From positions 1 to 64,000 of IMG/VR virus record IMGVR_UViG_3300046323_000587: 64,000 nt of DNA; one strand, 5' to 3'. Position 1 is the stretch's first letter. Every line of letters begins with the position of its first letter. The notes beneath the pieces are model-generated. The model had not been told where the DNA came from and did no database searches. It saw nothing but the letters and a program-made list of their open reading frames with translations. Positions 21,233-33,046 of this stretch are shown here, in pieces. The position numbers and the translations under genes are program-made.

Positions 21233-22197
21233 TTTAGAAGAACTAAAAGATTTAGTAGATACAGGTATACATCCTATTATACATTACAACAGTAAATTAT
21301 CTGAATGTGATTTTTGTTGTGGAATTTCTGGGGATTTATTAACTCAATGTGACCATTATGTAATAGTTGAAAATTATTTAAGTGTTAAGAATTTAGTAGA
21401 AGTGAGAATGATTACTAATAGTAATAAATATAATAACATAAGAGCAAATTCTAAACAATTTTCTTTATTAAAAAATATTGGTATAGGATATTACACAGAA
21501 AGAACTTTTGTTATCAGCTTTGATTGTTTAGGTACAACAACTTATTTTGGATATTTTAAATTTCTTTAACTTTAAATCAAATTAAAATTTTGGCAATTGA
21601 TTACAGATTTAATAAATCAATTCTTTTAGAAGAGGTTGAAAAACAAACCAGTATTAAAGTAATATATATTAACAATGGATATTATTTAACATTAGAAGAT
21701 AATTATGGGCACATTTCTGAAATAGAAACTGATTTAGATAAGAGATTATCGATGATAGAAATAAGTGAATATGGTGGAAATATTCTTTATGATATTCTCA
21801 CAATATTAGTCGATACTTTTAAAGTTAAATTCATTACTGATGATGATTTAGAGAGAGCTTGTAGAGAACAGTTATCAAAAGAAAAAACTGAAAAGTTGTA
21901 TAGAGTTAAATAATTTAAACAAGCTTACCAATGAAAATTCGATTATTTAAATTAATAAATGACGGTAAATTGAATATATTTACTTTAAGTGTGTTTGATT
22001 ATATTTTAGAAATAAATTATTTTATTACTGACTATTATTCAAATAATATTTCACCGTATAGTAGATTAATATTTACTCTTTGGAAAGAAAATAAACCATT
22101 AAGAAAGAAAGTGTTTTATCCATTTAGATATCAATATAAAGTAGGTATAGATACATTGAATAAGATGAAAGAAGAAGATAAGTTTAGGAAATATTGA
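21210..22197 (+). other. three hypothetical CDSs (21210-21569, 21590-21913, 21931-22197)
   Basis: 21590-21913 is a paralog of 25494-25877 (L.EVE..T.IKV..HISEI..ITDDD/ED). Confidence 0.65.
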
Positions 22198-22223
22198 TAA
22201 TGAAGATATTTTTAGTAACTTTG
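22194..22223 (+). promoter_or_regulatory. Bacteroidota-type sigma70 promoter
   Basis: TTG(22194)-19 nt-TAACTTTG(22216) upstream of the helicase. Confidence 0.7.
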
Positions 22224-22261
22224 TAGGTATAAAATAAAAGTTAAATCATAACATTAAAAAT

Positions 22262-23971
22262 ATGAAAATAAACATTCCAAAAGAAATTAATTACTTAGGC
22301 GAATTTATAACTGATTTACCTAAAAATTGTATATTTGATAAAGGTAAGGTTGGTTGTGGCGGTACAACTGTAGCAATAAATAATCCAGAAAATTACATTA
22401 TTTGTGTTCCTTTTGTATCTCTTATTAAAAATAAGTTAGCTCAACACAATAACTTATTTGGTTTTTATGAAAAAGTTTCTATAAAAGAATTAAAAGCATT
22501 TATTAAAAATGGTGGAAATAAGATAATGGTTACTTATGATAGTCTTGAAAAGCTGATATCTTATATAAATCCTTTAGAATATAATTTATTAATTGATGAA
22601 TTACATATTCTATTCTTACAATATTCTTTTAGAAGAAATGCAGTTCAAAAAGTGTTACCAAACTATACAAAATTCAAGTCATTTTGTTTTATGACAGCTA
22701 CTCCTGTTGAAAATGATTTTATGTTAGAAGAATTGAAAAATTTACCTATTATAGAAGCTGTTTGGACAGATGTTAAAGAAGTAACAGTAAATTCTGTAAA
22801 ATGTGAAAAAGATGTTAAAGGAACTGTAATTAATATAGTAGAAAAGTTTCTTTCAGGTAAATACGAAGGAAATGGATACTTTTTTGTTAATTCAGTAGAA
22901 TTTATAAGAGAAGTAGCTGAATTTTGTGGTTTAACTGATGATACAACTAGAGTTATTTATTCAGATAACAATAAAACTCAATTACTTGTAAAAAGAGGTT
23001 ATACAACAGATCCGACTAAGAAAATTAATTTTGTTACTTCTACTGCATTTGAAGGAGCAGATATCTATGATGAGCAAGGTAGAATTTATATTATATCTGA
23101 TAATAAAAAACCACATACTTTAACAGACATATCAACGCAATTTCAACAGATAGCTGGTAGAATTAGAAATACAAAATATTGGAATACTATAACTCACATA
23201 TTTACAGAAACTAGATATTATAATAATCTTACTTATGAAGAATTTAAAACTATTTGTGGTAAACAAGTAGATAGAGTAGAAAGTAAATTAGTTCAGTTAG
23301 GTAATTTAGATCAAGATTTAAGAAAAGATGTAATGATGCCATTAGAGTCTTATGTTGTAAAAGAAGATGATTTATTTTCATTTGACCCTAATTTAGTCAA
23401 AATAGATTTGTATAATTTTAAAATCACTAAATGTTTATATAAACTTAGAGTTAATGTTGTTAAAGCTTTAAGAACAGAAAATTTTACTGTAAAAGAATTT
23501 GATTCTAGTATTAAAAATCCTATTATAGATGTATCAAAAGTAGAAATGTCTTTTAAAGATGTTGTAGAAGAACTAGAAAAAACTGAAGATGAAGAATTTA
23601 AGTTAGCTGCTTATGAGAAATATCCATTTTTAGAAAATGCAATTGAAAAAATTGGTTTTGATGGTATTAAAAAGAATGGTTATGTTATCACAAATATTAA
23701 AAGAGCTTTAATAAAATTTTTAGATGTTATGACTACTACTAAGATAGCTAAGCTATTAAAACTTTCTGGAAAACTTAATAATGGTGTATATATCTCAGCT
23801 AAAGATGCAAAAGAATTAGTTGCAAAATATTATAAAGAATATAATGTAGAAAAATCACCAAATATAAAAGATTTTTATGAAGTTAAAGAAAAAACTAAGT
23901 ATCTAAATAATACTTATATAAAAGGTTATATAATCATAATACCTAAAATTTTATTGGAAGAAGATTACTAA
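22262..23971 (+). CDS. SF2 helicase-like (origin-binding type) protein
   Basis: DKGKVGCGGTT, IDELH, MTATP, TSTAFEGADIY, QIAGRIRN. Confidence 0.8.
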   Translation: MKINIPKEINYLGEFITDLPKNCIFDKGKVGCGGTTVAINNPENYIICVPFVSLIKNKLAQHNNLFGFYEKVSIKELKAFIKNGGNKIMVTYDSLEKLISYINPLEYNLLIDELHILFLQYSFRRNAVQKVLPNYTKFKSFCFMTATPVENDFMLEELKNLPIIEAVWTDVKEVTVNSVKCEKDVKGTVINIVEKFLSGKYEGNGYFFVNSVEFIREVAEFCGLTDDTTRVIYSDNNKTQLLVKRGYTTDPTKKINFVTSTAFEGADIYDEQGRIYIISDNKKPHTLTDISTQFQQIAGRIRNTKYWNTITHIFTETRYYNNLTYEEFKTICGKQVDRVESKLVQLGNLDQDLRKDVMMPLESYVVKEDDLFSFDPNLVKIDLYNFKITKCLYKLRVNVVKALRTENFTVKEFDSSIKNPIIDVSKVEMSFKDVVEELEKTEDEEFKLAAYEKYPFLENAIEKIGFDGIKKNGYVITNIKRALIKFLDVMTTTKIAKLLKLSGKLNNGVYISAKDAKELVAKYYKEYNVEKSPNIKDFYEVKEKTKYLNNTYIKGYIIIIPKILLEEDY

Positions 23972-24102
23972 ATAACTAGCCTGTGACTTTATATAATTAA
24001 GGGTCTTAAAAATAAAATAAAAGTCAAAAACAGTTGTATAAAGACTACTTTGTTTCTTCTTTAATTTAAAGTAAATTTTGTTCAGTATTTTTTATTTCTA
24101 TT

Positions 24103-24136
24103 ATCGTATATCAAGAAATTGGTGTACGATTTTTTT
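24103..24136 (+). terminator. intrinsic terminator
   Basis: ATCGTATATCAA-GAAA-TTGGTGTACGAT plus T run. Confidence 0.8.
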
Positions 24137-24160
24137 ATTTTACGTTAATTCGTTTCAATT

Positions 24161-25877
24161 ATGACAAAAAGATACACTCAAATATCCTGTTTTTTAAGAA
24201 TACCTTATGTAAAAACTTTTACAGAATCAGATTCATACACTTGTAGTAAAGATTCTACTCACAATATAAATAAAAAACATTCATTTTGCTCTATTTGTGG
24301 TTCTACTATTGTTTGTAATAAAATTAAAAAAGAAAGCATAACTTCTCCAGAGGATCTTTATTTCTTAGCTTGTTTAAAAGTAGTTGATACGTATTCATTT
24401 GAAGAAATAGAAGAATTAGAACTAGATTTTATAGATGAATATATCTTAGAATATTACAATGAAATTAAAGAATCAGGTTTAGATTTTGTTAAAGAATCAA
24501 ACTATTCTGATGGAATTAATCATTGGTTTACTAATAATGAAAAGAATCAAGAATATTATTTAGATTTATTTGCTGATGACAGTAAATTATTACCAGATGA
24601 ATTTAAGAATCAGTATTATGAAGGATTATTTACAATTACACCAGAAGTAATAGAAAAATGTATAAAATTAATACCAGAAGATAAATTAAAATTAATAAAA
24701 TTACTTTCTTGGTATTTAAATATTGAATTGAAACCAGAGTTTGGTATTAAATTCTATTGTAATTAAACAAATTATATTTAAGTATTACTATGAATAATTA
24801 TTCGATATTTAAAACATTTGTATTTGATAAATTACGAAAATCAATTCAAAATGATATAAAAGAGTCTTTACAAGATAAATTTATAAATAACACTTTTACT
24901 ATTCAAAGAATTGGAGAACAATTAAATAATATTATAGTGTTATATGGAGAAGAATTAACAAAAGATAGTAGTAGTGTATATGAATTTCAAGAATGGTTTA
25001 TTTCACAAGGTTGTAAGAATGAAGATATATTAATATTAATAACTAATTTAACAGATAAATAACTAAATAAATTATGAATTACAAAGAATTAGAAATAGAA
25101 TGGAAATTTCCAAAAGAATCAACAGATGAAGAAGAATTGCTAGATTGTGGAAGTTTATTTTTAAATGATTTTACTAAAATAGCAGAATACAATAATTGTT
25201 TTGAATTGATTGTAGAAAATAAAGTCTATAAAGGAAGTGATACTCAATTTGAACAAATATTATTAATGTTTCCTAATCATAAATTTGAAATATTTGATTC
25301 AAGTGAAAAACTTATAGAATATTATGAAGGATATTTAGAATCTTCTTTTGACAATTATTTTATTATTAAATATCAAGGAAGTTATATAAGTAAATTTGAT
25401 TTGACTATTATTGAATTAAAAGGAAGTAAAGAAGCTTTTGAATTGATTAAAGAAAAGTATAATTTAAAATAACTCTTAAAATAAATAATTTATATGGGAA
25501 TGGAAATAAGTTTTAAGAAAGGAATTAAATTAAGTGAAGTAGAAGTAAAAACAAATATTAAAGTAAAATATAATAAAAGTTGTTTGTTATTGATTGATGG
25601 AGAGAATGAAGCTCATATATCTGAAATAGTTGTACAAAATTCTGAAGATCTTTACATTAATACAATTTCTGTCCGTGGTTCAGGATTAAGTATAGCTTTT
25701 AAATTAATACTTGCTTTTCAAGTAGAAGTAATAACAGACGAAGATTATGAAACTATAGCAAGAGGCGAAATAACTGATTATGAAACATTGTTTAAAAATA
25801 GAACAATTGAATTTGGATTTGAGATAAATGATAGATTTATTAGCTTAAGTAAACCTTTTTTAAATGATATACAATAA
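24161..25877 (+). other. four hypothetical CDSs (24161-24766, 24790-25062, 25074-25472, 25494-25877)
   Basis: The first has a C..CSIC zinc-finger-like motif; the others are unassigned. Confidence 0.7.
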
Positions 25878-27504
25878 AAGAGTAGAAGAATTTTTAAGTG
25901 CTCATTCTAATGAAGAGTATAGAAAATCTTCTTCAGTAAATTATATATTTGATAGTCAAATAGAAACAGCAAAAGAAGTCCTTTTAAATTTTACAAGTAG
26001 CAAAGGTGGAAAAAGTGAATATGAGACAAACAATAGACATATTATATTATATGCTCAAATGCAATCTGGAAAAACAGGAATTTGTTCAGCAATCATTAAT
26101 ATATTAAAAACAACTACATTAGAAAACTATTTTGGTATTAAACAATATATGTTTATTACTGGTATGAATGATAAAGGGTTACAAAAACAATCTAAAGATA
26201 GATTAATAGATCAAGTTTTTGATATGACTGCTTCTACAGTTAATGATGAAATAAAATATGAACACCCTTATTATTCTATTTATGTTTATAAAAACAGTGA
26301 ATTAAGATTTTCAAACTTAATTTTGAAAGACACTTTAATTTTAATAGATGAATCTCATTACGGAACAGACCAAGCAAGAAATATATTAAACCAATTTTTA
26401 GATAAAAGTAAAATAGATTGGAAAAATGAAGGAAGTTTAAAAATAAATAATAATTATTTAGTTAGTATTTCTGCTACACCATTTAATGAAATGTATTCTG
26501 ATATAGCTGATACAAAACCTAAAGTATTTTTAACTGTTTCTGAATCTTACTATGGTATAAAAGAATTTGATAGTTTAGGATTATTAAAATCTGCAAATAA
26601 TACAGAAAAAGAAATGGAATCTGTTATAGATGATGCTTATATAAGAATGAAACAAAATAAAATAAATGGAGCTGTTTTTGTTAGAACAAGAAAATTATTA
26701 AAAAATGTTAGTTCTTGTTGGGATATTCTATATCTTGATTCAAATAACGAACCTATCAGTTATTTATATGTTAATAGTAAAATAGAGAATTTGATTTACA
26801 GTCCTAATTCTAAACCTTTACTGATTATTATTAAAGGAGCTTATAGAGCAGGAATAACTATAGAATCAAAACATAAAGATTATATTTATGCTATCTATGA
26901 TATATCAAATAAAAGAGAAGCAACTTTACAAGGATTAATTGGTAGAATGTGTGGATATAGATCAAATGAAAATTTAGTTTCTAATACTTTGTTTTATGTT
27001 AATAAAAATCATTGTGAAGATTACATACAATTTATAAATGGTGTAAAAGAATATGAAAGAGCTGGAAAAGGAGATCCTAGTAGACTATTTTTTAAAGAAG
27101 ATATAGTAATACCAATAGATTTTAAACTTGTTTATGATAAAGAAAATAAAATAATTATTGATAAAAACTTTTTAAATGATTTTATTAAAAAAACAGACTT
27201 AGAATTTGATCCCGAAACTGTTTTAGAGTATAATATTTCTGGCAGAAATTCTTATTCGGAAGGTATGTTAAGAAGAAAATTTGATGGAAAAACTTTATCT
27301 TTTAATAAAAAAATTAAAGTTTATGAAGAAAATAAAGACAACATAGGGAAAAGATTATGTTCAATAATCTTAAATGATTTAGAAAGTAATCCTTCAATTA
27401 TAGTAAGATATGGAGAAATAAAAGAAAATGTGAAAACAGTTTCAATAGGAAAATTGACAGAAATAAAAAAAAACAATTTAACTTTTAAACAACATAAAAA
27501 TTAA
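25864..27504 (+). CDS. SF2 (DExH) helicase-like protein
   Basis: AQMQSGKTG, IDESHYG, SATP, QGLIGRMCGY. Confidence 0.8.
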   Translation: MIYNKRVEEFLSAHSNEEYRKSSSVNYIFDSQIETAKEVLLNFTSSKGGKSEYETNNRHIILYAQMQSGKTGICSAIINILKTTTLENYFGIKQYMFITGMNDKGLQKQSKDRLIDQVFDMTASTVNDEIKYEHPYYSIYVYKNSELRFSNLILKDTLILIDESHYGTDQARNILNQFLDKSKIDWKNEGSLKINNNYLVSISATPFNEMYSDIADTKPKVFLTVSESYYGIKEFDSLGLLKSANNTEKEMESVIDDAYIRMKQNKINGAVFVRTRKLLKNVSSCWDILYLDSNNEPISYLYVNSKIENLIYSPNSKPLLIIIKGAYRAGITIESKHKDYIYAIYDISNKREATLQGLIGRMCGYRSNENLVSNTLFYVNKNHCEDYIQFINGVKEYERAGKGDPSRLFFKEDIVIPIDFKLVYDKENKIIIDKNFLNDFIKKTDLEFDPETVLEYNISGRNSYSEGMLRRKFDGKTLSFNKKIKVYEENKDNIGKRLCSIILNDLESNPSIIVRYGEIKENVKTVSIGKLTEIKKNNLTFKQHKN

Positions 27505-27620
27505 AAAATTTGATGTTTTAAGAAAGCAGTTAGCTGATTCATTAAGAGAAAATGTTTATAAGTTTGGATTTTTGTATAGATAATTGAATTGAAAACTATA
27601 AATTTTAAGTTTAAAAACAG

Positions 27621-27664
27621 ATACATTAACAGAAAATATTTAAAAATCTGTTAATGTATTTTTT
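27621..27664 (+). terminator. intrinsic terminator
   Basis: ATACATTAACAGA..TCTGTTAATGTAT plus T run. Confidence 0.7.
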
Positions 27665-27855
27665 AATGAACATCAGTTCTTTAATATTTTATAGAATTTG
27701 CAATAAGTTTGAAATTTTCTATTTTAAGTAGTCTTTATAATTTTTAATAAAAATATTTAATTATAAAATAACTTTATATTAGTTAGTTTATAAGCATTTA
27801 AAGTCAAATAATACTTTTTATTAAAAATAATGCACTACCCCTACAAAAATATAAC

Positions 27856-27886
27856 TTGACAAGTTAGAAATAAATAACTAATTTTG
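27856..27886 (+). promoter_or_regulatory. Bacteroidota-type sigma70 promoter
   Basis: TTG(27856)-20 nt-TAATTTTG(27879). Confidence 0.7.
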
Positions 27887-27909
27887 AATCCTAATTAAAA
27901 TTTATAGCT

Positions 27910-28671
27910 ATGGATTTAAAAGATATAAAAAAAGTAAATTTAGAGCACAATATGTATATTTTAAGATGTTATGGATTAAATGGACAAACTTTAGTAAAAG
28001 TTGGATATTCTTCTAAAATTAGAAATAGGCTTTGTACATATAATCGTGCAAACCCTTTAATTGAATTTGTAACAAGTTTTTATGCAAACTTAGGACAAAA
28101 GTTTGAATTAATTTTACATTCTTCATTTCCAGGTTATAAAACAAATAAGGAATGGTATGAAGAAAAATATTTAGATTTAATATTGAATTTTATTGATAAA
28201 CATAACAATACAACAGATATTAAAAAACTATTAAAAGAAGCTGGAAAAATAAAAATAATCAAAGAATCTCCAAAACAATATGCTATGTATGTTAAAGAAA
28301 TAAGAAATTGTAATGATTTAAAAGAAAAACTAGAAGTGTTGGAAACTATTGATACTCAAACTTGGAAAAAGTATTTACAGTATGGAATTGAAACAAATAA
28401 TTTACAACTAAATATAACAGCAGCTAAAAAGCATTACGAAACTAAATTTAGTTATAATATACTTAAAGAAGTTATTTATGATAATTTCAAATTAAATACA
28501 TTTTATGTTGCAACAGAAATTAAAGAAATTTTAAATAAAATCTATAAAAATATGAAATTAAATAAATCTCCAAAATCAACTGATTTATATGAATTTTTTG
28601 AGATGAAAGTTACTCAGAAAATGAAAGAAGGTAAAAATTTAAAAGGATTTACATTAACTTTAAAAAAGTAA
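27910..28671 (+). CDS. T5orf172/GIY-YIG-like nuclease fused to a helicase-type C-terminal domain
   Basis: MYIL..VKVGYSSKIRNRLCTY..ELILH..NKEWY; C-terminus similar to that of 22262-23971. Confidence 0.65.
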   Translation: MDLKDIKKVNLEHNMYILRCYGLNGQTLVKVGYSSKIRNRLCTYNRANPLIEFVTSFYANLGQKFELILHSSFPGYKTNKEWYEEKYLDLILNFIDKHNNTTDIKKLLKEAGKIKIIKESPKQYAMYVKEIRNCNDLKEKLEVLETIDTQTWKKYLQYGIETNNLQLNITAAKKHYETKFSYNILKEVIYDNFKLNTFYVATEIKEILNKIYKNMKLNKSPKSTDLYEFFEMKVTQKMKEGKNLKGFTLTLKK

Positions 28672-28690
28672 ATAATAAATAATTTAAAAT

Positions 28691-29329
28691 ATGTATCTAC
28701 ACGAAAAAGTTAAATATCCAAGTACACCTCACTTAAATATAAGTCAAACAATAAATAATGACGATAAAATCATTAAAGACTATTCTCAACTTGAAGGCAA
28801 AGAAGTAGTAATTCTTATTAAAATGGACGGTGAAAATACAAGTTTTACTAATTCTTATATACACGCAAGAAGTCTTGATTCTAGTCATCATTCAAGTAGG
28901 AATTGGGTAAAAGGATTATGGGGTAATATTAAACATACAATACCTGATAATATTAGAATTTGTGGTGAAAATATGTTTGCTGTACATAGTTTAGAGTATT
29001 CAGACTTACTTAGTTATTTTTATGTATTCAATATATGGAAAGATAACTATACTTGTCTTAGTTATGATGATGCTATAAATACTTGTAAAGAATTAGGTTT
29101 ACTTCACGTACCAGAAGTATATAGAGGAACTTTTGATTTAAATAAGATAAAGGAGGTATATAATTCTTTAGATAAAATTAAACACGAAGGTATAGTGGTT
29201 AGAAATACTAATTCTTTTATGTTTCAAGATTTTAAATATAATGTTTGTAAAGTAGTAAGACCTAATCACGTGCAAACTGATGAAGATTGGTTAAATAACC
29301 CTATAATTAAAAATAGATTAAAACAGTGA
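28691..29329 (+). CDS. RNA ligase
   Basis: KYPSTPHL, KMDGENT (motif I), HARS, CGENMFAVHS, EGIVVR. Confidence 0.9.
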   Translation: MYLHEKVKYPSTPHLNISQTINNDDKIIKDYSQLEGKEVVILIKMDGENTSFTNSYIHARSLDSSHHSSRNWVKGLWGNIKHTIPDNIRICGENMFAVHSLEYSDLLSYFYVFNIWKDNYTCLSYDDAINTCKELGLLHVPEVYRGTFDLNKIKEVYNSLDKIKHEGIVVRNTNSFMFQDFKYNVCKVVRPNHVQTDEDWLNNPIIKNRLKQ

Positions 29330-29746
29330 AAAAGGTAAGAAACATTAAATAATTTAATCTAATTTAACTTTTAAACAATATAAATTTATGGCATTTAATG
29401 TCACAGCATACAATAACGATAGTAGTAGTGATTTATTTGGTCTTTATAATAATTATATAAAAGAAAATTCTAAGATTGAGTTTATGGAATTTGTAAAGAT
29501 TAGAGTATATAAACTTAATATACATTCATTCAATTAATAGAAGATAAATGGACAATAGTAGGTTGTGTTATAATAGCTTTAAGAGAAGGTTTGCCAGTAG
29601 ATAAAGAATCTATTTTAAAAGCAATAGAATATACAAAAGAAACAATTAAAAATTTTAATGAAAATACTACAATAGATTGGATTAAGGATAAAATAGAAGA
29701 AAAAGATTTTATTAAAACATTGAATTTTTTAAATCATTTTATATAA

Positions 29747-30610
29747 ATGTTTATAACTGAACAAGACATTCTTCGATTTGATTATTTATTAGAAAATACA
29801 AAATTCATATTAAGAAAATCACTAACAAACAAATTCAATATTAAAAATTTTTTATCAAAAACACAATACATTAATCACATCAGTTCATCTTTACTTGATA
29901 TTAATTTTATATCAAGTAAATTTCTTCATACAATTAAACTTTGTGAAAAAGATCAATCTAAAATTGTATATTATGTGTTTAAATATTTGACTATTATTGA
30001 TTTTTATTATAAAGAAAAAGAATATTATAAATCAATAGGCAATAATCCAATTACATTAAATATTCCATTAAAAAATTCTAATTATTGTAGCAAAGAATAC
30101 CAAAATTTAGATGAATTTTTTTATTTAGATTTTAAAAAAATATTAAAAAATAAGGAATTATTAAATTCATTTGATACAGATGTATTTAATAATATTAATA
30201 AATATAAAATTAATAAAACTAGGCTCACTCTTGTTAGAATTAAACAATTTATTGAAAATATAAAATATATTATTACTTATAAATTTATTAAAGAAGTTTA
30301 TTTAAAAAAAGAAATCTAGTATTATAATTCTATTAAAAAAGATACTAAATTAAAATTAAACTTTTATTTAGGTTGTTATGAACAAGAACAATATTTTACA
30401 AAATATTTCAATTCTAAATCAGATTGTGTAAGATTTATTGATAAAATAATAAACAAAGAAGTTGTTATAAATGGCTTAGACCCTAGTTTAGTTCAGATAA
30501 TACATTTTGTACACAATATCAATTACACTTTAACAGAAAAACAAGAGTTTTATAAAAATCGTTATAGAGAAATCTTTTTTTATTGTACTAATGAAGAGAA
30601 CTCAAATTAA
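29747..30610 (+). pseudogene. gene split by in-frame TAG; 3' part is a paralog of 20449/20912
   Basis: After TAG 30317 the frame continues YYNSIKKDTKLKLNFYL..TKYFNSKSDC..INGLDP to TAA 30608. Confidence 0.7.
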
Positions 30611-30852
30611 TATTTCAAATTATTATTTCAAAGATTATTACTTAATTTAACTTAAATTCATAGTAAAATGAAACCAAAAACAATTCTCAAACAATTAACA
30701 TTACTATTATTGGTAATAATAATCATTTTTATTGGCAATATAATAACTACTTTTCTTATTATATACACCAGAGACCCTATAATTACTTTTCAAAGAGCTA
30801 TAAATTTAACTTTAATAGTGGTCAATAAAATATTAGGATTAGAATAGAATTT

Positions 30853-30891
30853 AAGCTTAAACTATTCTTATGAATAATTTAAGCTTTTTTT
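30853..30891 (+). terminator. intrinsic terminator
   Basis: AAGCTTAAA.TATTC/GAATA.TTTAAGCTT plus T run. Confidence 0.7.
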
Positions 30892-30939
30892 ATTGTCATT
30901 AATAACAAATTAATTTAAATAATTAAAAAATTTAAAATT

Positions 30940-31413
30940 ATGAATTGGTTAGAAGATAGAAAATTATCAGCACCTATTTTAGAAGAAAATGTGCATTACT
31001 ATAGAAATTTAATTCCTTCATTTCAAGATTTAACTATATATGAAGAGCAAACTCAATATGCTTGGAAAAAAGATTATGGAGATATTGAATTTCTTAAAAA
31101 TTATTTTAAAGGAATGTTTACAGAAGAAGAATTTTTTGAAAAATGTCAAGATTGTTATAATAAAGAATTTAGGCTATACTTAGATTTAGATAAAAAATGT
31201 TTTACTTATAGAGATAGTGCAATTGATCATTATAATTTTGTTGAGTATACTACACCAAATAAAACAATAGAAGAGTTAATTAAAATGTACGAAGAAACAA
31301 AAGAATTAATAATATTTAATCCTGTATATAGTAGACATTTGTTTCAAGAAACTGATATTTTATCAGCTTATAATAAACCTTTTATAATAAAAAAATTTAA
31401 TATTTATTTTTAA
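30940..31413 (+). CDS. hypothetical protein
   Basis: 157-aa ORF. Confidence 0.7.
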   Translation: MNWLEDRKLSAPILEENVHYYRNLIPSFQDLTIYEEQTQYAWKKDYGDIEFLKNYFKGMFTEEEFFEKCQDCYNKEFRLYLDLDKKCFTYRDSAIDHYNFVEYTTPNKTIEELIKMYEETKELIIFNPVYSRHLFQETDILSAYNKPFIIKKFNIYF

Positions 31414-31432
31414 TCCTTAAATTAACTATATA

Positions 31433-32407
31433 ATGTTTAAACTTAATCATTTCCCAGAAAGTAAATTAAAATTTGATAAAAAGAATAGGAATAATAACAC
31501 TAAGTACAATAAAATAAAATATTTATTAATTGGTACAGTTATTTTACTAAGCTCTATTGGTATTTATTTTTCTATTTTAGAAACACCTTCAAAAGAAAAA
31601 CAATTACTTCAGAAATATATTAATAAAGAACCTCTTACTATCAATGAAAAACTGGAATTGTGTACGTGGCTTGATGGTAATGAAAGTTACAAAAAAGAGT
31701 TTGAAGAAATTTGTGGCGATAAAGCTGAAAGACCTGAATATACCAAAGTAAAAAAATATGTTGAAGATAATTCAGGAGGAGATTCTAAATTACAAAAAGA
31801 TTCTGTTGTTTTAGCTTTTAAAGAAAATTTAAAAGATATTCTAGCAAGTAGAACACCTTATCAAAAAGAATACATATATTTAACTGCCTATAATTATTAT
31901 AAACATTTAAAAAAACTATATCCAGATCAAATACTTTATAGAGATACTAAAAATGGTTATAGAGTTTATTTTAGCTTAGAAAGATTCTTTCATATTGTAA
32001 TTAAACACGATTTATATAAAAAGAAATTTGATTTCACCAATAGAAAAAATATTAGTCAGTTTAAAGACGGTGATTTTATTAGAACAGAACAACACGTTTT
32101 TGAAGATGTTTATAGAATATTTGATCATATTAATCAAAATAATGAAAGTAAATTTCTAGAACGTAAAGTACCAAATTCTGAAATACAAAATAATGAATTA
32201 TATTATCAGTATTTAAATAACAACAAAATTTTACAAAATTATGTGTTAAATTATAAAATAAAGAATAAGATTATTTATGTTCAAACATACTACGAAATAG
32301 AAGATTCGGTTATTAACAATGCAATAAATAGATATAAATTAATTAAAGAAATTTTAGATTCTACACAAATTTCAAATAAACATTTTATCTATAGACTAGA
32401 TAAATAA
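31433..32407 (+). CDS. TM-anchored HIxxxH protein 5 (putative RNase toxin, clade C)
   Basis: MFKLN start, TM YLLIGTVILLSSIGIYFSIL, CX16C, RFFHIVIKH, YVQTYYEI. Confidence 0.6.
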   Translation: MFKLNHFPESKLKFDKKNRNNNTKYNKIKYLLIGTVILLSSIGIYFSILETPSKEKQLLQKYINKEPLTINEKLELCTWLDGNESYKKEFEEICGDKAERPEYTKVKKYVEDNSGGDSKLQKDSVVLAFKENLKDILASRTPYQKEYIYLTAYNYYKHLKKLYPDQILYRDTKNGYRVYFSLERFFHIVIKHDLYKKKFDFTNRKNISQFKDGDFIRTEQHVFEDVYRIFDHINQNNESKFLERKVPNSEIQNNELYYQYLNNNKILQNYVLNYKIKNKIIYVQTYYEIEDSVINNAINRYKLIKEILDSTQISNKHFIYRLDK

Positions 32408-32437
32408 GTCATTAAATGTAAAACAATTTAATAAATT

Positions 32438-32929
32438 ATGGATATTTTAGAAAAAATAAAAGAAAAACATAATACTTGTGTAAATATATTAGAAATAGAT
32501 CCAAACAATCTTTTAGATTTACCAGAAGAGTATAGAAATTTTAGTAATTGTAAAGGCGTGGAAGACTCTTACGAAGCTTTAGATTATGCTAGTAGAATTG
32601 GTTATATTACAATAGTAGATTTGGAAAAAAATGAAATTTATATTGACAATGCATTAAAAAAATTCCCTAATTGTATAGATGTTGGATTTGAAAATACCTT
32701 ATTTTTAAAACATTTTTTAGATGAGTTTAATAAAACAAAATCTGTATTTTATTTTAAACATTGTCCAAAAGAAAGTCATTGGAGATACACTCTTATAATA
32801 GCGACATTTGATGAAGGAATATCTTGGAAATTATACCCTTATGAATCAACGTTATCAGAAATAGAAAAATACATTTCTGGAAAACAAATTATTAAAACAG
32901 TTTACGATCTTAAAGATATTATTAATTAA
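32438..32929 (+). CDS. family C partner (putative immunity)
   Basis: YRNFSNC..TIVDLEKNEI..LIIATFDEGISWKLYP. Confidence 0.55.
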   Translation: MDILEKIKEKHNTCVNILEIDPNNLLDLPEEYRNFSNCKGVEDSYEALDYASRIGYITIVDLEKNEIYIDNALKKFPNCIDVGFENTLFLKHFLDEFNKTKSVFYFKHCPKESHWRYTLIIATFDEGISWKLYPYESTLSEIEKYISGKQIIKTVYDLKDIIN

Positions 32930-32942
32930 AAATCAATCAGAT

Positions 32943-33041
32943 ATGTTTAAAATAAATACAGTTCCAAATAAAGTAAGACATTTTAGTTCTGAAATTAAAT
33001 GAAACTTCACATTAAACTATTTTATCTATATAAAACCATAA
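32943..33041 (+). pseudogene. internally deleted toxin-like gene (N- and C-termini joined)
   Basis: MFKINTVPNK..*NFTLNYFIYIKP*; 33851-34807 starts MFKINQEP and ends NYFIYIKP*. Confidence 0.8.
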
Positions 33042-33046
33042 AAAAT

